Below are positions 63,125-64,000 of a DNA stretch of 64,000 nucleotides, one piece after another. Position numbers and translations under genes: made by a program. The notes beneath the pieces are model-generated. The model searched no databases. It was not told the DNA's origin and saw only the letters and a list, made by a program, of their open reading frames with translations. The DNA lies in contig CAVZJT010000012.1 in assembly GCA_963775655.1 (NCBI GenBank), positions 41,314 through 105,313 of the forward strand. Reading direction: 5' to 3'. The DNA comes from an uncultured Actinomycetota bacterium. Lineage in GTDB: Bacteria > Actinomycetota > Actinomycetes > Mycobacteriales > QHCD01. Within the stretch, counting starts at the first letter, position 1. Each line of letters opens with the position of its first letter.

Positions 63125-64000
63125 GTGCCATACGTCGCAAAGTCGGACCAGCGGGCGGGGCACGACGACGCCGTCCGGGCTGTCCCCGGCGGCGATCGGC
63201 TCAGCGCGGCCGAGGGCCACGTAGCGGCGGCGAAGCTCACCCCGCCTCAGGTTTCCGACCCGTTCGTCGCCCGCCCGCGTCTGGTGACGCTGCTCGATCA
63301 CGCCACGCAGGGCCCGGTGACCGTGGTCAGCGCCGGGCCCGGATCGGGCAAGACCCAGCTACTCGCCTCGTGGCGGATGGAGGGTGATGCGCCGGGCCCG
63401 GTGGCCTGGCTGTCCCTTGATCCGGCCGACGACGACCCGGCCCGTTTCTGGGGGTCGGTGCTCGCCGCCCTGTCGGCGAGCGGGGCGGTCGCCGTCGGTG
63501 ACCCCCTCGACGCACTCCGGGTTCCGAGCGCGGTCGACGCGCGATTCCTCGACCGGATCATCGGCGGACTCGCGGATCTGCCCGGCCCGGTCGTGCTCGT
63601 CCTGGACGACTTCCACGAGATCACCGACACGGCGGTGCTGGATGCCGTCGCCGACCTGTTGCGACATGTGCCGGCACAGCTTCGGCTGGTGTTCGCCACC
63701 CGGGCCGACCCACCGCTCCCGATGTATCGGCTGCGGTTGGCCGGTGAGCTCACCGAGATCCGCGCGGCCGACCTGGCCTTCGGCGCCGCACGAGGCGACC
63801 CAGTTGTTCGCCGGTCACGGGCTTCCGCTCGATCGAGCGCAGGTCGTCACCCTGTTGACCCGAACCGAGGGCTGGGCCGCCGGATTGCGGTTGGCCGCCA
63901 TGTCGCTGGTCGACTGCGACGACATCGGCCGGGGCGTCGCGACGTACGCCGGCGACGACCGGAGCGTCGCCGAATATCTGATCGCCGAGGTGCTCTGCCG
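63125..64000 (+). pseudogene. Second LAL-type LuxR-family regulator, 5' part (runs off the window), apparent frameshift
   Basis: GGGGAG ribosome-binding site then GTG at 63125. ..VVSAGPGSGKTQLL..VLVLDDFHEI... After AADLAF at ~63785 the expected PHEATQLFAGHGLPL..TEGWAAGLRLAAMSL continues in the +1 frame. Confidence 0.8.

Overview
High-GC (about 70%+) actinobacterial chromosomal core region. Calls come from reading the translations, with no database search. I saw no transposase, integrase, phage, CRISPR, tRNA or rRNA gene. Gene content is mostly housekeeping. There is a translationally coupled histidine-utilisation operon (hutU, an M20 amidohydrolase, hutF, hutI, hutH). A scattered purine set is present (purA, purD, purB, purC, purS-purQ-purL, purF-purM), plus pyrE, fbaA, bldC, a two-component system, an acyl-CoA dehydrogenase/FabG/glutaryl-CoA dehydrogenase block, a DEAD-box helicase, cell-wall enzymes (Rpf-like, NlpC/P60, L,D-transpeptidase), a TetR-MMPL pair and two divergent LAL-type LuxR regulators at the right edge. 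I found no defence system or biosynthetic cluster inside the window. The least ordinary signal is non-coding: several families of intergenic palindromic elements. Family B and C hairpins (seven loci) share a conserved central core, CGGCGTGTCG, although their stems have unrelated sequences, and family B shows a compensatory stem substitution. Family A elements (AACGTGACGTT-cored) twice supply the stop codon of the upstream gene. Other points are a c-di-AMP (ydaO-type) riboswitch upstream of the Rpf-like gene, an 11-copy heptanucleotide repeat upstream of purS, and a 22-bp tandem repeat in the two-component-system promoter gap. About 16 frameshifts occur, ten of them in the MMPL gene. Most look like +1 insertions, so assembly error is a serious alternative to real pseudogenisation.
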